Of a stretch of 64,000 bases of DNA, positions 18,503 to 29,876 are shown piece by piece. The notes beneath the pieces were generated by a model. The model was not told where the DNA came from and made no database searches. It saw nothing but the letters and a program-made list of their open reading frames with translations. Origin of the DNA: Dehalococcoidia bacterium. GTDB taxonomy: Bacteria; Chloroflexota; Dehalococcoidia; Bin125. The stretch lies in contig CAXXSR010000002.1 in the NCBI GenBank assembly GCA_963662615.2, positions 256,001 to 320,000 of the forward strand, written 5' to 3'. The position numbers and the translations under genes are program-made. How positions within the stretch are numbered: the first letter of the stretch is position 1; every line of letters starts with the position of its first letter.

Positions 18503-19624
18503 TCAGGCCGCGGGCCCATCCGGCAGCGCGATGGCCGCGCTTGTTTCGGGATCGAAGGCATGCATGTGGGTGATGTCGAGGAGGAGAGCGATCCGCTGTC
18601 CCGCCCGCGCGGCCGTGCGGGGGTCAACCCGGGCGAGGAATGAGATCCCATCCGCCTGAAGATGCAGGAACGATTCGTTCCCCATCAGTTCCACGATGTC
18701 CACGGCCGCCTCCACCGGCACGGGCGTGATGCCGGAGGGAGCGTAGTCGCGCGAGTGGATGTGCTCGGGTCGAAAGCCCAGCACGATGCGCTGACCGTCG
18801 TAGCGCTTGAGCGCGGCCGTCCGCTCAGGCGAGAGGGCGACGCGGAATGCGCCCGCTTCCAGCTCCCACGTCTCGTCCGTCCGGGCCACGGTGGCGTCAA
18901 AGAAGTTCATGGCCGGGCTGCCAATGAACCCGGCCACGAACATGTTGTCCGGCCGCGAGTAGAACTCTTCGGGAGCGCCTGCCTGCTGGAGGAGGCCATC
19001 GTCCATCACGGCGATGCGGGTGGCCATGGTCATGGCCTCCACCTGATCGTGCGTGACGTAGATGAAGGTGGTCCCCAAGCTCTGGTGGAGCTTGCTGATC
19101 TCGGCGCGGGTCTGGACGCGCAGCTTGGCGTCGAGGTTGGATAACGGCTCATCCAAGAGGAACACGGTTGGGTCGCGGACGATGGCCCGCCCCAAGGCCA
19201 CCCGCTGACGCTGCCCGCCGGAGAGCTGTCGGGGCTTGCGCTTCAACAGATCGGTCAGGCCGAGGATCTCAGCGGCGTCCTCGACACGCTGGCGGATTAG
19301 CGCTTTGGCCTGCTTGCGGAGCTTGAGCCCGAAGGCCATGTTGTCGAAGACCGACATGTGCGGGTAGAGGGCGTAGGTCTGGAAGACCATGGCGATGTCG
19401 CGATCCTTGGGGGCGACGTCGTTGACGAGGCGGTCGCCGATGTAGATCTCGCCCGACGAGATGTCCTCCAGGCCGGCGAGCATGCGCAGCGCCGTGGACT
19501 TGCCGGATCCGGACGGTCCCACGAGCACGAGGAACTCGCCGTCTTCAACGTCGAGCGTGAACTCATTCAGGGCGACGACCTCGCCGTAGCGTTTGGTCAC
19601 TTGGTCGAAGACCACCCCGGCCAT
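18503..19624 (-). CDS. Sugar ABC transporter ATPase (MalK/UgpC type)
   Basis: GPSGSGKST, LSGGQRQRVALGRA, DEPLSNLDAKLR, FIGSPAMN. Confidence 0.95.
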   Translation of the reverse strand: MAGVVFDQVTKRYGEVVALNEFTLDVEDGEFLVLVGPSGSGKSTALRMLAGLEDISSGEIYIGDRLVNDVAPKDRDIAMVFQTYALYPHMSVFDNMAFGLKLRKQAKALIRQRVEDAAEILGLTDLLKRKPRQLSGGQRQRVALGRAIVRDPTVFLLDEPLSNLDAKLRVQTRAEISKLHQSLGTTFIYVTHDQVEAMTMATRIAVMDDGLLQQAGAPEEFYSRPDNMFVAGFIGSPAMNFFDATVARTDETWELEAGAFRVALSPERTAALKRYDGQRIVLGFRPEHIHSRDYAPSGITPVPVEAAVDIVELMGNESFLHLQADGISFLARVDPRTAARAGQRIALLLDITHMHAFDPETSAAIALPDGPAA

Positions 19625-19715
19625 CGCGCGGCCCTCATCTTCAAGCTAAGCTGTGCGGCCGCCGCGGCTCGCTCCAGCCACCGGCCTGCCCCGTAGCAGC
19701 CGGCCGTGGCCCATG

Positions 19716-20666
19716 CTAGCCCTTCACGGAGCCCGCCAGAATCCCCTGCACGAAGTAGCGCTGGAGCGCGAAGAAGATGAGCAGCGGGACGATCATGGAG
19801 AGAAACGCGGCCGCCGTAAGGACTTCGTAGTTCTGTCCGAAGGAGCTGACGAGGTTGTTGATGCGGAGGGTCATGGGCGCCAGGTCCGGATCGCCCAGGA
19901 AGATGAGGGCGATGAGGAGATCGTTCCAGACCCAGAGAAACTGGAAGATCGCCAAGGACGCCATGGCCGGCGCGGCCAGCGGGAGCGCGATGCGGAAGAA
20001 GACCTGCAGATCAGAGGCGCCGTCGATGTAGGCGGCCTCAAAAAGATCACGGGGGAGGTTGCCGAAAAAGTTCCGCAAGAGGTAGACGGCGAATGGCAAG
20101 CCGAAGCCGGCATGCGCGAGCCAGACTCCCGGGTAACTGCCGACGCCGAAGATCCTGCCGCCCAAGACCGGGAGATCAGCGTCGATCTGGACTTCGCCGT
20201 AGAGCTGCTGGAGAGGGATGAGCGTCATCTGGAGCGGCACGACCAGGAGGCTCACGACCACAATGAAGAGGAGGGCGCGTCCGGGAAAGCGCATCCAGGC
20301 GAAGGCGTAGGCAGCCGCCGCGGCCACAAGGATCACCAGGATTGTGCTGGGCACCGTGATGATCAGGCTGTTGACGAAGGCGCTGCCCATGCCCCGTTGG
20401 TTGAGCACCTCGTCATAGTTGTCGAGGGTGAAGTTGAAGTCTTTGAAGGCGTTCCACCAGCCGGAGGCGTTGATATCGGTGGCCTCGCGGAAGGAGCTGA
20501 TGAGCAGGGCGAGGGTGGGGATGCTCCAGAGGATCACGATGGCGATCAGCGTGAGATGGAGCGGGCCGCGCCCCCGGAGCCAGCGCCCAGAGGGCGTGCC
20601 GGGGGCCCGCCGGAGCGGGGAGGAGATGCCACCCAGCGAAGGCAGAGGAAGGCCGCGCACCGTCAT
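19716..20666 (-). CDS. Carbohydrate ABC transporter permease
   Basis: Multiple TM segments; EAAYIDGAS; FQFLWVWNDLL. Confidence 0.93.
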   Translation of the reverse strand: MTVRGLPLPSLGGISSPLRRAPGTPSGRWLRGRGPLHLTLIAIVILWSIPTLALLISSFREATDINASGWWNAFKDFNFTLDNYDEVLNQRGMGSAFVNSLIITVPSTILVILVAAAAAYAFAWMRFPGRALLFIVVVSLLVVPLQMTLIPLQQLYGEVQIDADLPVLGGRIFGVGSYPGVWLAHAGFGLPFAVYLLRNFFGNLPRDLFEAAYIDGASDLQVFFRIALPLAAPAMASLAIFQFLWVWNDLLIALIFLGDPDLAPMTLRINNLVSSFGQNYEVLTAAAFLSMIVPLLIFFALQRYFVQGILAGSVKG

Positions 20667-21616
20667 CAGCGGATCTCCTCCTGAAACTGGAAGCGGCGGA
20701 TGCTGATCACCATGAGCGGGACCACCCAGAGCAGCAGGCCGACGGCGATCGCGGCCCCCAGACCGAAGTCACCGAGCAGGAACGCTTCTCTGAAGAAGAG
20801 AGTGGCGATCACCTCCGTGTCGGCGCGGCCGCCGGTGATCACCCAGACGAGGTCGAAGATCTTGAGAGCAAAGATGACGAGGGTCGTCGCGACGACCATG
20901 ATCGTGGGCGAGAGGATGGGCACGATGATGCGGCGGAAGACCTGCCATTCGTTGGCGCCGTCGACGCGGGCGGCTTCAAGGACTTCCCCGGAGATGCCCT
21001 TCAGTCCCGCGGACAACACGACCATGGCGAAGCCGGTCCACATCCAGACCCCCACGCCGATCAGCACCATGTTGTTGATCTGAATCGGCCCCTGCAGTTC
21101 GTTGGGGCCGGCGTTCGTGAACCAGGTCTGTAGGGAGCCGGTGTCGCGGAGCCAGTCGGTGGAGCCGTTGGTGTCCGGATTGTCGATCCCGACGCCGGTG
21201 ACAACGGCGTTGACCGTGCCGATGTCCTGGTTGAACTCCAACATGAAGCGCCAGATCACGGCGGCCGCCACGAAGGAGATGGCCATGGGGACGAAGACGC
21301 CCGACTTGGCGATTGCCTCGTAGCGGACGCGCCCGCTGAGGACGGCGAAGAGCAGCCCCAGCGTCACGGTCACGGCGGTGAAGAGCACGATCCACAGCGC
21401 CGTGTTGACGATGGCGGTGTGCGGGTCCGCCACCAGCGACTGCGGGTTCTCAGCGATGAAGCGGTAGTTATCGAGGGTCAGGGCGCCGCCGCCGCGACCT
21501 CCTTCAAGGAAGCTGCGGCGGACGGTGTCGACGACCGGATAGACAAGGAAGACGCCGAGAATGGCCAGCGCCGGCCCAATCCAGAGCCAGGGCGCCCACC
21601 AACGGCGACCGATCAT
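20666..21616 (-). CDS. Carbohydrate ABC transporter permease
   Basis: PMAISFV, WMWTGFAMVVLSAGLKGI, EAARVDGA. Confidence 0.93.
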   Translation of the reverse strand: MIGRRWWAPWLWIGPALAILGVFLVYPVVDTVRRSFLEGGRGGGALTLDNYRFIAENPQSLVADPHTAIVNTALWIVLFTAVTVTLGLLFAVLSGRVRYEAIAKSGVFVPMAISFVAAAVIWRFMLEFNQDIGTVNAVVTGVGIDNPDTNGSTDWLRDTGSLQTWFTNAGPNELQGPIQINNMVLIGVGVWMWTGFAMVVLSAGLKGISGEVLEAARVDGANEWQVFRRIIVPILSPTIMVVATTLVIFALKIFDLVWVITGGRADTEVIATLFFREAFLLGDFGLGAAIAVGLLLWVVPLMVISIRRFQFQEEIR

Positions 21617-21690
21617 GGTGGCCCTCTCGCACAAAGCGGGGCAGCCCGCCTAGCGACGGCGAGCTGCCCCCTTGCGGCGCCGGGTCCGAC

Positions 21691-23143
21691 CTACGCTTCC
21701 CGCGCCGCCTCGATGCCCTCCAGGATGTCATCCAAGTCATCCGGATCGACGAGGAAGCCGGTCACCCCCGCCCAGAACGCCGCCTGGAAGCCACCGCCGA
21801 TGGTGTCATCCAGGTCGAAACGGAACGCTTTGGCCTGTAGCAACGAGTCCGCCAAACGCCGCGAGACGGGGTCTGGGAAGCGATCCAGGCTGATGTCCTT
21901 GTGGACGGAGTTAAACCCGCCCAGGTTGACCCAGATCTGCTGCGCTTGGGCGCTGGCAAGGTAGCGCATCAGCGAGCAGGTGGTCTCGTCATCGTCGAAG
22001 GCGAAGACGGCGTTGGCGCCTCCGGCAACACCGCCCCCCGGGAAGGGGAAGAAGTCGTAGTCCTCGCCTGGAACGGCATCCGGGAATTGGTCGGCGATGA
22101 AGCCGGCCGCGAAGCCGCCCAGGTAGAACATGGCCGCCTCAGGCGGATCCTCGAAGGGCGGGAAGCTGGCGTCCACGAAGCCCGTGGGGTTGATGCCTTG
22201 CCCGCTGCCCTGCACGACGTTGCCCGGCGTCAGCGCGATCTGGCCGAACTTGTCCCAGGCCGCCTTGACGCGCGGGTCGTTGAAGGGAATGGAGCCGGCC
22301 ACGAGCCCGTCGTTGAGTTCGGCGCCGCCCGCTTCACCGAGAATGATCTGCTGGACCCAGTCGGTGCCGGGCCAGCCGCTGGCGCCACCGCTCTCGACGC
22401 CGATCGACCAGGGTGTGAACCCGTCCCCTCTGATCTGGTCCGTGAGGGCAATCAGGTCGTCAAAGGTGTTGTCGACGGTAAGCGGTTGGTACCCGTTCGC
22501 GACGAAGAACTTGGGGTTGTAGAAGATGGTGCCCTTGGTATCGGCCTTCATGAAAAAGGCGTAGAGGGTGCCGTCCACCGTGCCAAGGTTGATAAAGCCT
22601 TCCGGGTAGTTGGCCCGGACCTCCTCCTCCAGGCCGCAGGCGGACAGCGGCACCAGCTCCCCGGCACGGGCGAAGCGGCGCAGCGTGCCGACCTCCGGCG
22701 GGATGGCGATGTTGGGCGGGTTGCCGCCCTCCACGCGCGTGGTGAGGAGTGGGGTCAAGTCGCGAGTGCCGGTGAAGGCGAGGCGACCGCCGGTTGCGGT
22801 CTCCCAGGGAGCGACCAGGGCCTCAAAGCGTGGCAGCTCGTCGCCACCTCCCCAGACGCCGAGGACGTCGGCGGTGCCCAGATCCACCTCTGCCGGCGGT
22901 ATCCCCGCAGCTGCCTCGCGGGCTGCTGCTTCCGCTTCCCGCGCGGCAGCCTCCGCCTCAGCGGCACGCCCTTCAGCCTCTCCGACCTCAGCCTGGGACT
23001 CCGCCGCGGCTGCCTCCGCCTCCGCCGCAGGCGACGAGGGCGAGGGCTAGGGAAGCGAGCATCGCGACCGCGGCGGTGAGGATGAGCGATCGCCACCTCA
23101 TCCGTCCTCTGCTCAACCTTGATGCAGGAGTTCTCTCGCTCAC
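21691..23143 (-). pseudogene. Alpha-glucoside-type ABC substrate-binding lipoprotein, frameshifted just after the lipobox (real lesion or sequencing error)
   Basis: Signal and lipobox (LALALVAC-GG) lie in one frame; the AEAAA linker and SBP body (ESGGASGWPGTDW, FRFDLDD) lie in another; switch near 23020-23030. Confidence 0.8.
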
Positions 23144-23337
23144 TTCATCTCTCCTCTCCTTGTGTTTCCATGTCGTTCGTGCAATGCCGTCGGCGCCTGT
23201 CCCCCCGCCTTGCGTGTGTGAACGCCGCCCCCCTCCTAAGCGGGGGGCTAGCACGATCGCACCACTTCGCAATGCGCGAGTCCAGCGGTGGCGGAACATC
23301 CTTGCGAGCGTGCGACGGGCTTGGGCGGCTGTTGGTG

Positions 23338-25173
23338 TTAGGCGGGACCGAGGCGGCCCCGCTGCTCCGCCCGCTGAAGGTTAACGGCCGTGCTGATGTG
23401 CCCCAGGTGGCTGAACGCCTGGGGGAAATTTCCCAACAGGTCCCCGGTTTCCGGGTCAATCTCCTCGCTAAAGAGCCCCAGGTCGTTTGCGAAGCTTTTC
23501 ACATGATTGAAGAGGTCACGCGCCCGCTCCAACTCGCCGAGGTAGGCGAAGTTGTCGGCGAGCCAGAACGAGCAGATGGCGAAGGTGCCCTCGCTGCCGC
23601 GGGGCCCGTGCATGAAGTTGCGATAGAGGAGCCCATTGGCCGCCATCAACTCCCGCTCGATGGCAGCGATGGTGGATCGCATGCGCGGGTCGGCGGCGTC
23701 AATGAAGCCCACGAGCGGAAGCATGAGGGTGGCCGCGTCCAGTTCCTTACTGCCGTAGGCCTGGACGAAAGCGCCGCGCTCCGCGTCAAAGCCGTTGCGG
23801 AACACGTCCTCACGAATCTCCGCTCGCACGGCCCGCCACCGATCGACATTGCCCGGGAGCTCCAGAGCCGCGGCGAGCTTGATGGTGCGGTCCATGGCCA
23901 CCCAACACATTACCTTGGAATAGACGTGATGCTGGCGGCCCTCGCGGCTCTCCCAGATCCCCTCGTCCGGCTCGCGCCAATGATCCGTCACGAACGCTGC
24001 CACCCGCCGCAGGAAGTCCCAGAAGCCCGGCCGCAGCTCGCCACTGTATTTGTGGTAGAGGTAGGCGGTATCGGCCACGACGCCGTAGATGTCGAGCTGG
24101 AACTGGCGGTGCGCTCCGTTGCCGATGAGCACCGGTCGCGAGCCACGGTAGCCCTCCAGGTGGTCAAGCTTGGTTTCCGTGAGCCGCCGCTCGCCGCCCA
24201 GGCCGTACATGAGCTGGAGGTCGCGGGCCCGGCCCCCGGTGCTCCACTCCAACCAGTGCTGGAACGCCCGCGCTTCCTGCGTATAGCCCAGGATGAAGAG
24301 GCTGTAGAGGGCGAAGGCGGCGTCGCGCAGCCAGGTAAAGCGATAGTCCCAATTGAGCGCACCGCCCACACGTTCGGGGAGCGACGTCGTGGGCGCGGCC
24401 AGGAGGGCGCCAGAGGGGGCGTAGGTGAGCGCCTTCAGGGTGAGGGCGCTGCGCACGACCGCGGGGCGGTCTTCGCCGTCATAGGTGCACTGCGCCGCCC
24501 ATTCTTGCCAGTAGCGCGTGGCGCCGTTCAGCCAGCGCCCGAACACGCGGCGATCGACGGTGCGCGCGCGCGCGGAGAAGTCATCCGCGTAGGCGAGGGC
24601 GGCGTAGAGGCCTTCTCCGCCCCGCAACAGCCCGTGCGCTTGGAAGCCGTCGTCGCGTCGCACGAGGGAGGCGGAGCAGTACAGCCAGATGCCTTGGGCG
24701 CCACCGTGTGCGGCGCCGGAATTGTCGTCGGTCAGGACGGTGTGGGGGGCGATGCCGCCGTAATCGAAGCGGGGCTGACAGACCAGGCGGAAGCGCACGC
24801 TGCCCTGGAGGCAGCGCAGGATCCTGACGATGTACTGGCGGCCGCCCCACTCATGCGGGGTGATGGGAGCGGTGTGTTGGTGGGTGGGCATGAAGTCGGT
24901 GAGCGTGGCCACTCCCGTGTCCGTCTCGAACGTGGTCTCCAGGATGTTGATGTTGGGCAGATAGCGGCGCCGACGGGAGCGCAGGCCTTCCGTCGTGATC
25001 TCAAAGTAGCCACCCTGCCGCCAGTCCAGAACGCGCCCGAAAATGGAGGGGCTGTCGAAGCGGGGGAGGCAGCACCAATCAATGGAGCCGGACTTGGAGA
25101 CGAGGGCGGCTGAGTGCGCGTCGCCGATGAGGCCGTAGTCGGAGATCGGAGGGTACGGGTCGCTGGTTGCCAT
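23338..25173 (-). CDS. Glycoside hydrolase family 15 (glucoamylase/trehalase-like)
   Basis: ISDYGLIGD, AAPTTSLPE..GG..NWDYRFTWLRD, DEGIWE, LGNFPQAFSH. Confidence 0.95.
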   Translation of the reverse strand: MATSDPYPPISDYGLIGDAHSAALVSKSGSIDWCCLPRFDSPSIFGRVLDWRQGGYFEITTEGLRSRRRRYLPNINILETTFETDTGVATLTDFMPTHQHTAPITPHEWGGRQYIVRILRCLQGSVRFRLVCQPRFDYGGIAPHTVLTDDNSGAAHGGAQGIWLYCSASLVRRDDGFQAHGLLRGGEGLYAALAYADDFSARARTVDRRVFGRWLNGATRYWQEWAAQCTYDGEDRPAVVRSALTLKALTYAPSGALLAAPTTSLPERVGGALNWDYRFTWLRDAAFALYSLFILGYTQEARAFQHWLEWSTGGRARDLQLMYGLGGERRLTETKLDHLEGYRGSRPVLIGNGAHRQFQLDIYGVVADTAYLYHKYSGELRPGFWDFLRRVAAFVTDHWREPDEGIWESREGRQHHVYSKVMCWVAMDRTIKLAAALELPGNVDRWRAVRAEIREDVFRNGFDAERGAFVQAYGSKELDAATLMLPLVGFIDAADPRMRSTIAAIERELMAANGLLYRNFMHGPRGSEGTFAICSFWLADNFAYLGELERARDLFNHVKSFANDLGLFSEEIDPETGDLLGNFPQAFSHLGHISTAVNLQRAEQRGRLGPA

Positions 25174-25350
25174 GCGCCGTGCTGGAGCACCTCCGCATCT
25201 CCGGTCGCGCTGGAGCGAGCATATCGACGACCCGACCCTGGAGCGATATCGCAGGAGGGCGGCGGATCAGCAGGGCCGGCGAGGGGGGTCGCCCGGCCCG
25301 CGGCGGGCGCCGTTGCGACTGGAGCGACGGCGCCGAGCGACTTCCGTCCC

Positions 25351-26280
25351 TCAACGACTGCGCGCGGGCATGACCGGCAGCGGACCGGTGCGAGCGCCCT
25401 GCACGGCGAACACGTCCGTGCCCAAGGCAAACGCACCCTGGAGTCCGACGTCGTCTCCGCCGCGGGCCCGGACGACGCCGGCTGCGGTGACGGCCAAGCC
25501 GGCTCCGTGGCGGGTGAGGCGCTCGCGGACGGGATTGAGGAGGAGGTCGCCGGCCTGCGCCAGGCCGCCGCCGATGACGATCCGCTCAGGCATGAAGCAA
25601 TATGCCATATTGACAACGCCGATCGCGAACGCGTCCGCGACTTCCCGAAGCAGATCCCGTGCGCGCTCCTCGCCGGCCTGCGCTCGGGCCGTGAGGCGGG
25701 CGGGGTCCTCAGCGGCGAGGCGACGGAGGGCCGTGCCGGAGCCCAGGCTTTCGACCGTGCCACCGCTGTCGCGGTCGATGATCATGTGGCCCACTTCGGC
25801 CAGAGACCAGTTGCCGTAGAGAAGACGTCCGCCCAGGATGACGCCGGCGCCGACACCGGTGCTGGCAGTGACGTACAGCATGTCTTGGGTTCCCGTGCCG
25901 GCGCCGAAGCGGTGCTCTCCGAGAGCGCCCAGGTCAGCGTCGTTGGCCAAGAGCACGGGGAGGTCCAAGGCATCCGCAAGGCGGCCAGCAGACACGCGGC
26001 CCTCCCAGGCGGGGAGGTTCGCGAGGCGGAGGATCTCCCCGCTCCTGTACGCCACCGGACCGGGGACGCCGACGACGGCGCCGCGCGCCGGCACGCCACC
26101 GGCCGCGAGAGCGTCCGCCATCGCGTCGGTGAGGGCGGCCGGCCGATCCGATGGGGTAGGCACGACGGACTTGTGCACGATGTCGCCACGGCCGTTGAAG
26201 ACAGCGACACGCAGTCGCGTGCCTCCGAGATCGACGGCGAGCAGCGCAGCCTGGTGCGGGAGTGCGCCCACAGACGTCAT
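25351..26280 (-). CDS. ROK family sugar kinase
   Basis: VDLGGT, GVPGPV, LANDAD, STGVGAG, AEVGH. Confidence 0.9.
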   Translation of the reverse strand: MTSVGALPHQAALLAVDLGGTRLRVAVFNGRGDIVHKSVVPTPSDRPAALTDAMADALAAGGVPARGAVVGVPGPVAYRSGEILRLANLPAWEGRVSAGRLADALDLPVLLANDADLGALGEHRFGAGTGTQDMLYVTASTGVGAGVILGGRLLYGNWSLAEVGHMIIDRDSGGTVESLGSGTALRRLAAEDPARLTARAQAGEERARDLLREVADAFAIGVVNMAYCFMPERIVIGGGLAQAGDLLLNPVRERLTRHGAGLAVTAAGVVRARGGDDVGLQGAFALGTDVFAVQGARTGPLPVMPARSR

Positions 26281-26921
26281 GGCGCCGCATCCTCATCCGC
26301 AATGATCGTGACGGACTGCGCCGTGACGCGCGCGGCGGGGATGTCGTCCGCGGCCAGCAGGCGCGCTAAGGCGTGTCGTTTCCCCGCGCCGGCAACCAGG
26401 AAGAGAGCGTTCCGCGCGGCCGAGAGGACGGGCAGCGTCAGCGTGAGGCGGGGGTGGTCCGGCCGTTGCACGCGCACAACTAAGCGGCTGCGCTCCTCCA
26501 GGGCTGGGTCGTGAGGAAAGAGAGAAGCGGTGTGGCCGTCGGCGCCGAGCCCCAGGAGCACCAAGTCGAACACGGGCAGCCCGGGGCCGAAGCGCTGATG
26601 CAGGAGCCGCTCATATCCTTCGGCGTCGCAGGTCGGGCCGGGCATGGGATGCACGCGCACTCCGGCGTCCGGCCCCAGCTTGGCAAAGAGAGTAGCGCGG
26701 GCCATGCCGTAGTTCGAGTCGGGGTGATCAAGGGCGACGCAGCGTTCGTCGCCGAAGAAGAGGTCCGTGCCGGCCCAGGGGAAGGGCGCCGTGGCGAGAC
26801 GCTCGTAGAGGGCGCGAGGCGTTGAGCCGCCGGCGAGAGCGATGGTGCGGGGGCGCAGGGCGAGAAGGTGATCCGCGGCCGCCGCTGCGGCGTCCGGCGC
26901 GACGACGAGGTTGGCCGTCAC
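26277..26921 (-). CDS. pgl: 6-phosphogluconolactonase
   Basis: ALAGGSTP, FGDERCV...SNY, LGLGADGHTASLFP, RLTLT. Confidence 0.92.
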   Translation of the reverse strand: MTANLVVAPDAAAAAADHLLALRPRTIALAGGSTPRALYERLATAPFPWAGTDLFFGDERCVALDHPDSNYGMARATLFAKLGPDAGVRVHPMPGPTCDAEGYERLLHQRFGPGLPVFDLVLLGLGADGHTASLFPHDPALEERSRLVVRVQRPDHPRLTLTLPVLSAARNALFLVAGAGKRHALARLLAADDIPAARVTAQSVTIIADEDAAP

Positions 26922-26961
26922 CAAAGGCGCCCGTGGCGCGGCCCGCGGATCCCGGCGGGAC

Positions 26962-28638
26962 TCATGCCGTCCCGACCTTGTCCGCCTCCTGGAGGCCGAA
27001 CTCCTCAAGCGAGCGCTCGCGCATCTTGTACTTCTGGATCTTCCCTGTGACCGTCATGGGAAATTCGTCCGTGACTTTCATGTAGCGCGGGATCTTGTAA
27101 TGGGCGATCTTGCCCTGACAGAAGTCGCGCAGCTCATCCAGCGTGAGGGAGCGGCCTTCGCGCAGGCGGACCCAAGCGCAGATTTCCTCTCCGTAGCGCT
27201 GGTCGGGGAGGCCGATGACATAGACGTCGGCGATGGCCGGGTGGGTGTAGAGGAACTCTTCGATCTCGCGCGGGTAGATGTTCTCGCCGCCGCGGATGAT
27301 CATGTCCTTGATGCGGCCGACGATGTTGGCGTAGCCGTCGTCATCCATGACGGCAAGATCGCCCGTATGCATCCAGCCGGCGGGGTCGATCGCCTTGCGG
27401 GTCGCCTCTGCATCGTTCCAGTAGCCAAGCATGACGAGGTAGCCGCGGCTGCACAGCTCCCCCGGGGTTCCGCGGGGCACGACGGCGCCGGACTCGGGAT
27501 CGACGATCTTGCATTCCACATGCGGGTGCACGCGGCCCACGGTGGAGACCCGTCGTTCGAGGGGGTCTGCTGTCCGCGACTGGAATGAGACCGGCGAGGT
27601 CTCCGTCATGCCGTAGCAGATCGTGACCTCCTCCATGTGCATGTCGGCGACGACGCGCTTCATGATCTCGACCGGGCAGGGCGAGCCGGCCATGACACCG
27701 GTGCGAAGCGAGGAGAGATCGTACTGGGCAAAGTCAGGGTGGTCGAGCATGGCGATGAACATGGTGGGCACGCCGTAGACCGCGACGCATCCTTCGTCCT
27801 GGATCGCCGCGAGGGTCGCGGCCGGGTCGAAGGCGTCGTCGGGATAGACGATGGTGGCGCCGCGGGTGGTGCAGCCGAGGTTGCCCATCACCATGCCGAA
27901 GCAGTGGTAGAGGGGAACGGGGACACAGAGGCGGTCGCCGGGCTGGAGTCCTTGGACGCCGGTGACGCAATAGGCGTTGTTGAGGATGTTGTGATGGGAG
28001 AGAGTTGCGCCCTTGGGAAAGCCGGTGGTGCCGGAGGTGTACTGAATGTTGATGGCGTCGTCGAACTGGAGCGCGCCCTGGCGATCGCGAAGGTCGTGCG
28101 GAGTCGTGCGGGCGGCGCCGTCCAGGAACCTCCGCCAGCTCACGTCGCCGTCGCCGCCATCCAGCACGATCACTGTCCCCAGGTCCGCCAGGTTAGGACG
28201 GACCTGCGCGATCATCTCGGCGTAGTTGGAACGCTTGAAGGTCGCTGCCGTGACCAGCACGGAGGCGCCCGAGTGTCTGAGAGCGTACTCGACCTCGCTG
28301 GTGCGGTAGGCGGGGTTGACGTTGACGAGGATGGCGCCGATCTTCGCGGTGGCGTACTGGACAATGGCCCACTCGGCGCGGTTCGGGGACCAGATGCCGA
28401 CCCGGTCGCCGCGCTCCACGCCCAGGGCGAGGAAGGCGCGCGCGCACTGGTTGACGGCGTCGAGAAATTCGCCGTAGGTGTAGCGCAGCTGCTGGTGCCG
28501 GGAGATGAGGCAGATGCGGTCCGGCTGTGCTCCGGCAACACGGTCAAGGTTGTCGCCGATCGTCTCCCCGATCAGCGGTTCCGTGGAAGGGCCCGAGACG
28601 TAGCTGCCGCTGGTCGGTGACACGCGCGCGCCGTCCAC
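26962..28638 (-). CDS. Acyl-CoA synthetase (AMP-binding)
   Basis: [44 protein letters not shown]. Confidence 0.95.
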   Translation of the reverse strand: MDGARVSPTSGSYVSGPSTEPLIGETIGDNLDRVAGAQPDRICLISRHQQLRYTYGEFLDAVNQCARAFLALGVERGDRVGIWSPNRAEWAIVQYATAKIGAILVNVNPAYRTSEVEYALRHSGASVLVTAATFKRSNYAEMIAQVRPNLADLGTVIVLDGGDGDVSWRRFLDGAARTTPHDLRDRQGALQFDDAINIQYTSGTTGFPKGATLSHHNILNNAYCVTGVQGLQPGDRLCVPVPLYHCFGMVMGNLGCTTRGATIVYPDDAFDPAATLAAIQDEGCVAVYGVPTMFIAMLDHPDFAQYDLSSLRTGVMAGSPCPVEIMKRVVADMHMEEVTICYGMTETSPVSFQSRTADPLERRVSTVGRVHPHVECKIVDPESGAVVPRGTPGELCSRGYLVMLGYWNDAEATRKAIDPAGWMHTGDLAVMDDDGYANIVGRIKDMIIRGGENIYPREIEEFLYTHPAIADVYVIGLPDQRYGEEICAWVRLREGRSLTLDELRDFCQGKIAHYKIPRYMKVTDEFPMTVTGKIQKYKMRERSLEEFGLQEADKVGTA

Positions 28639-28762
28639 TTCTTGCTGCCGCCCGCCCCGACGGCCTGAGCCTAGCCGATCCCCTGGCTACTGCGGAGCGG
28701 GCGCGCCGGGCCGCGGCGAGGGCGCCGTCGATTGGCGGAACGGCCGCGGCGGCGATGCGGGC

Positions 28763-29650
28763 TCACGTTTCCGCGTCCGGGACCGGGTTGACGTGGAACA
28801 TGCCCAGCTGCTCGCAGATCGCCAGCACCGGGCCCGAGAAGTTCATGGTATAGAGATGGAGCCCGGGCGCGCCGGCAGCCAAGAGCTCCTCGCCGAGGCG
28901 CGTGCCGACCTCTACGGCGATCTCGCGGCGGGCGCTGACGTCATCGGCGGCGGCGGCAAGTCGGGCACGGATCTGGGCAGGGAACTCCGTCCCGTTCATC
29001 TCGGCCATGCGGGCGATGACGGCGAGGTTGCTGGGCGGCATGATGCCGGCAATGACCGGCGTGCGCACCCCGCGCGCCTGCATGTCTTGGACGAAGCGCT
29101 CGTAGTACTCCGTGCGAAAGAAGAACTGTGTGATGGCGAAGTCGGCGGCGCGCAGCTTCGTGGCCTGGTGCTCGCGATCCGCCGCCGGCGTCTCGGCGAG
29201 CGGGTGGCGTTCGGGATGCGCGGCGACGCCGATGGCGAAGTTGGCGCGCGGGCGCGTAAAGGCGACGAGATCGATCGCGCGCGGGAACTGGCCGGTGGAG
29301 GCAGCCGAGGCGTCTTGTGGCAGATCGCCACGGAGCGCCAACAGATTCTCAATTCCGCTGTCTCGATAGCGGGCAAGGATCGCCGCGATCTCATCGCGCG
29401 TGTGGTCCACGCAGGTGAGGTGGGGCATCGCCGTCACGTGGAGATCATCGTGAATGTGGGCGACGACCGCTTCGGTCGGGCCTCGGGCGGCGCCGAGGGC
29501 GCCGTAGGTCACGGACATGAATGAGGGGCGCAGCGCGGCGAGCCGCTGCAGCGTGCGTTCCAGCCGCTCCTCCGCCTCCGGGGTACGCGGCGCGAAGAAT
29601 TCGAACGAGAGCGTGGGGCCGGCGGCGAGCAGGTCGGAGATCCGCGCCAT
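28763..29650 (-). CDS. metF: Methylenetetrahydrofolate reductase
   Basis: SFEFFAP, SVTYGA, HLTCV, LALRGD, AITQFFF, GLHLYTMN. Confidence 0.93.
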   Translation of the reverse strand: MARISDLLAAGPTLSFEFFAPRTPEAEERLERTLQRLAALRPSFMSVTYGALGAARGPTEAVVAHIHDDLHVTAMPHLTCVDHTRDEIAAILARYRDSGIENLLALRGDLPQDASAASTGQFPRAIDLVAFTRPRANFAIGVAAHPERHPLAETPAADREHQATKLRAADFAITQFFFRTEYYERFVQDMQARGVRTPVIAGIMPPSNLAVIARMAEMNGTEFPAQIRARLAAAADDVSARREIAVEVGTRLGEELLAAGAPGLHLYTMNFSGPVLAICEQLGMFHVNPVPDAET

Positions 29651-29876
29651 GTCACCTCTCACGTGGTCAGCGGGGCGTGCGCAGCGCAGGCCACGCGGTG
29701 GATCGTCGCAGTCGATCGGGCTACGCGCGAGGACGGCGTCGCCGGAGCCGCTCAACGCGGCAGCGCGTGACGGCATCGGCCCCGCATCGTTTCTTGACGG
29801 CGGTGCTACGGCTCCCTAGCCTCCACGCGCCCGCGGCCGTGGAGCGATGCGGCCGCCGACGGGGAGGATCAGCCGG

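Noticed and set aside
29651-29846. SAM/SAH riboswitch upstream of metF
   Set aside because: No recognisable consensus found by eye on the minus strand
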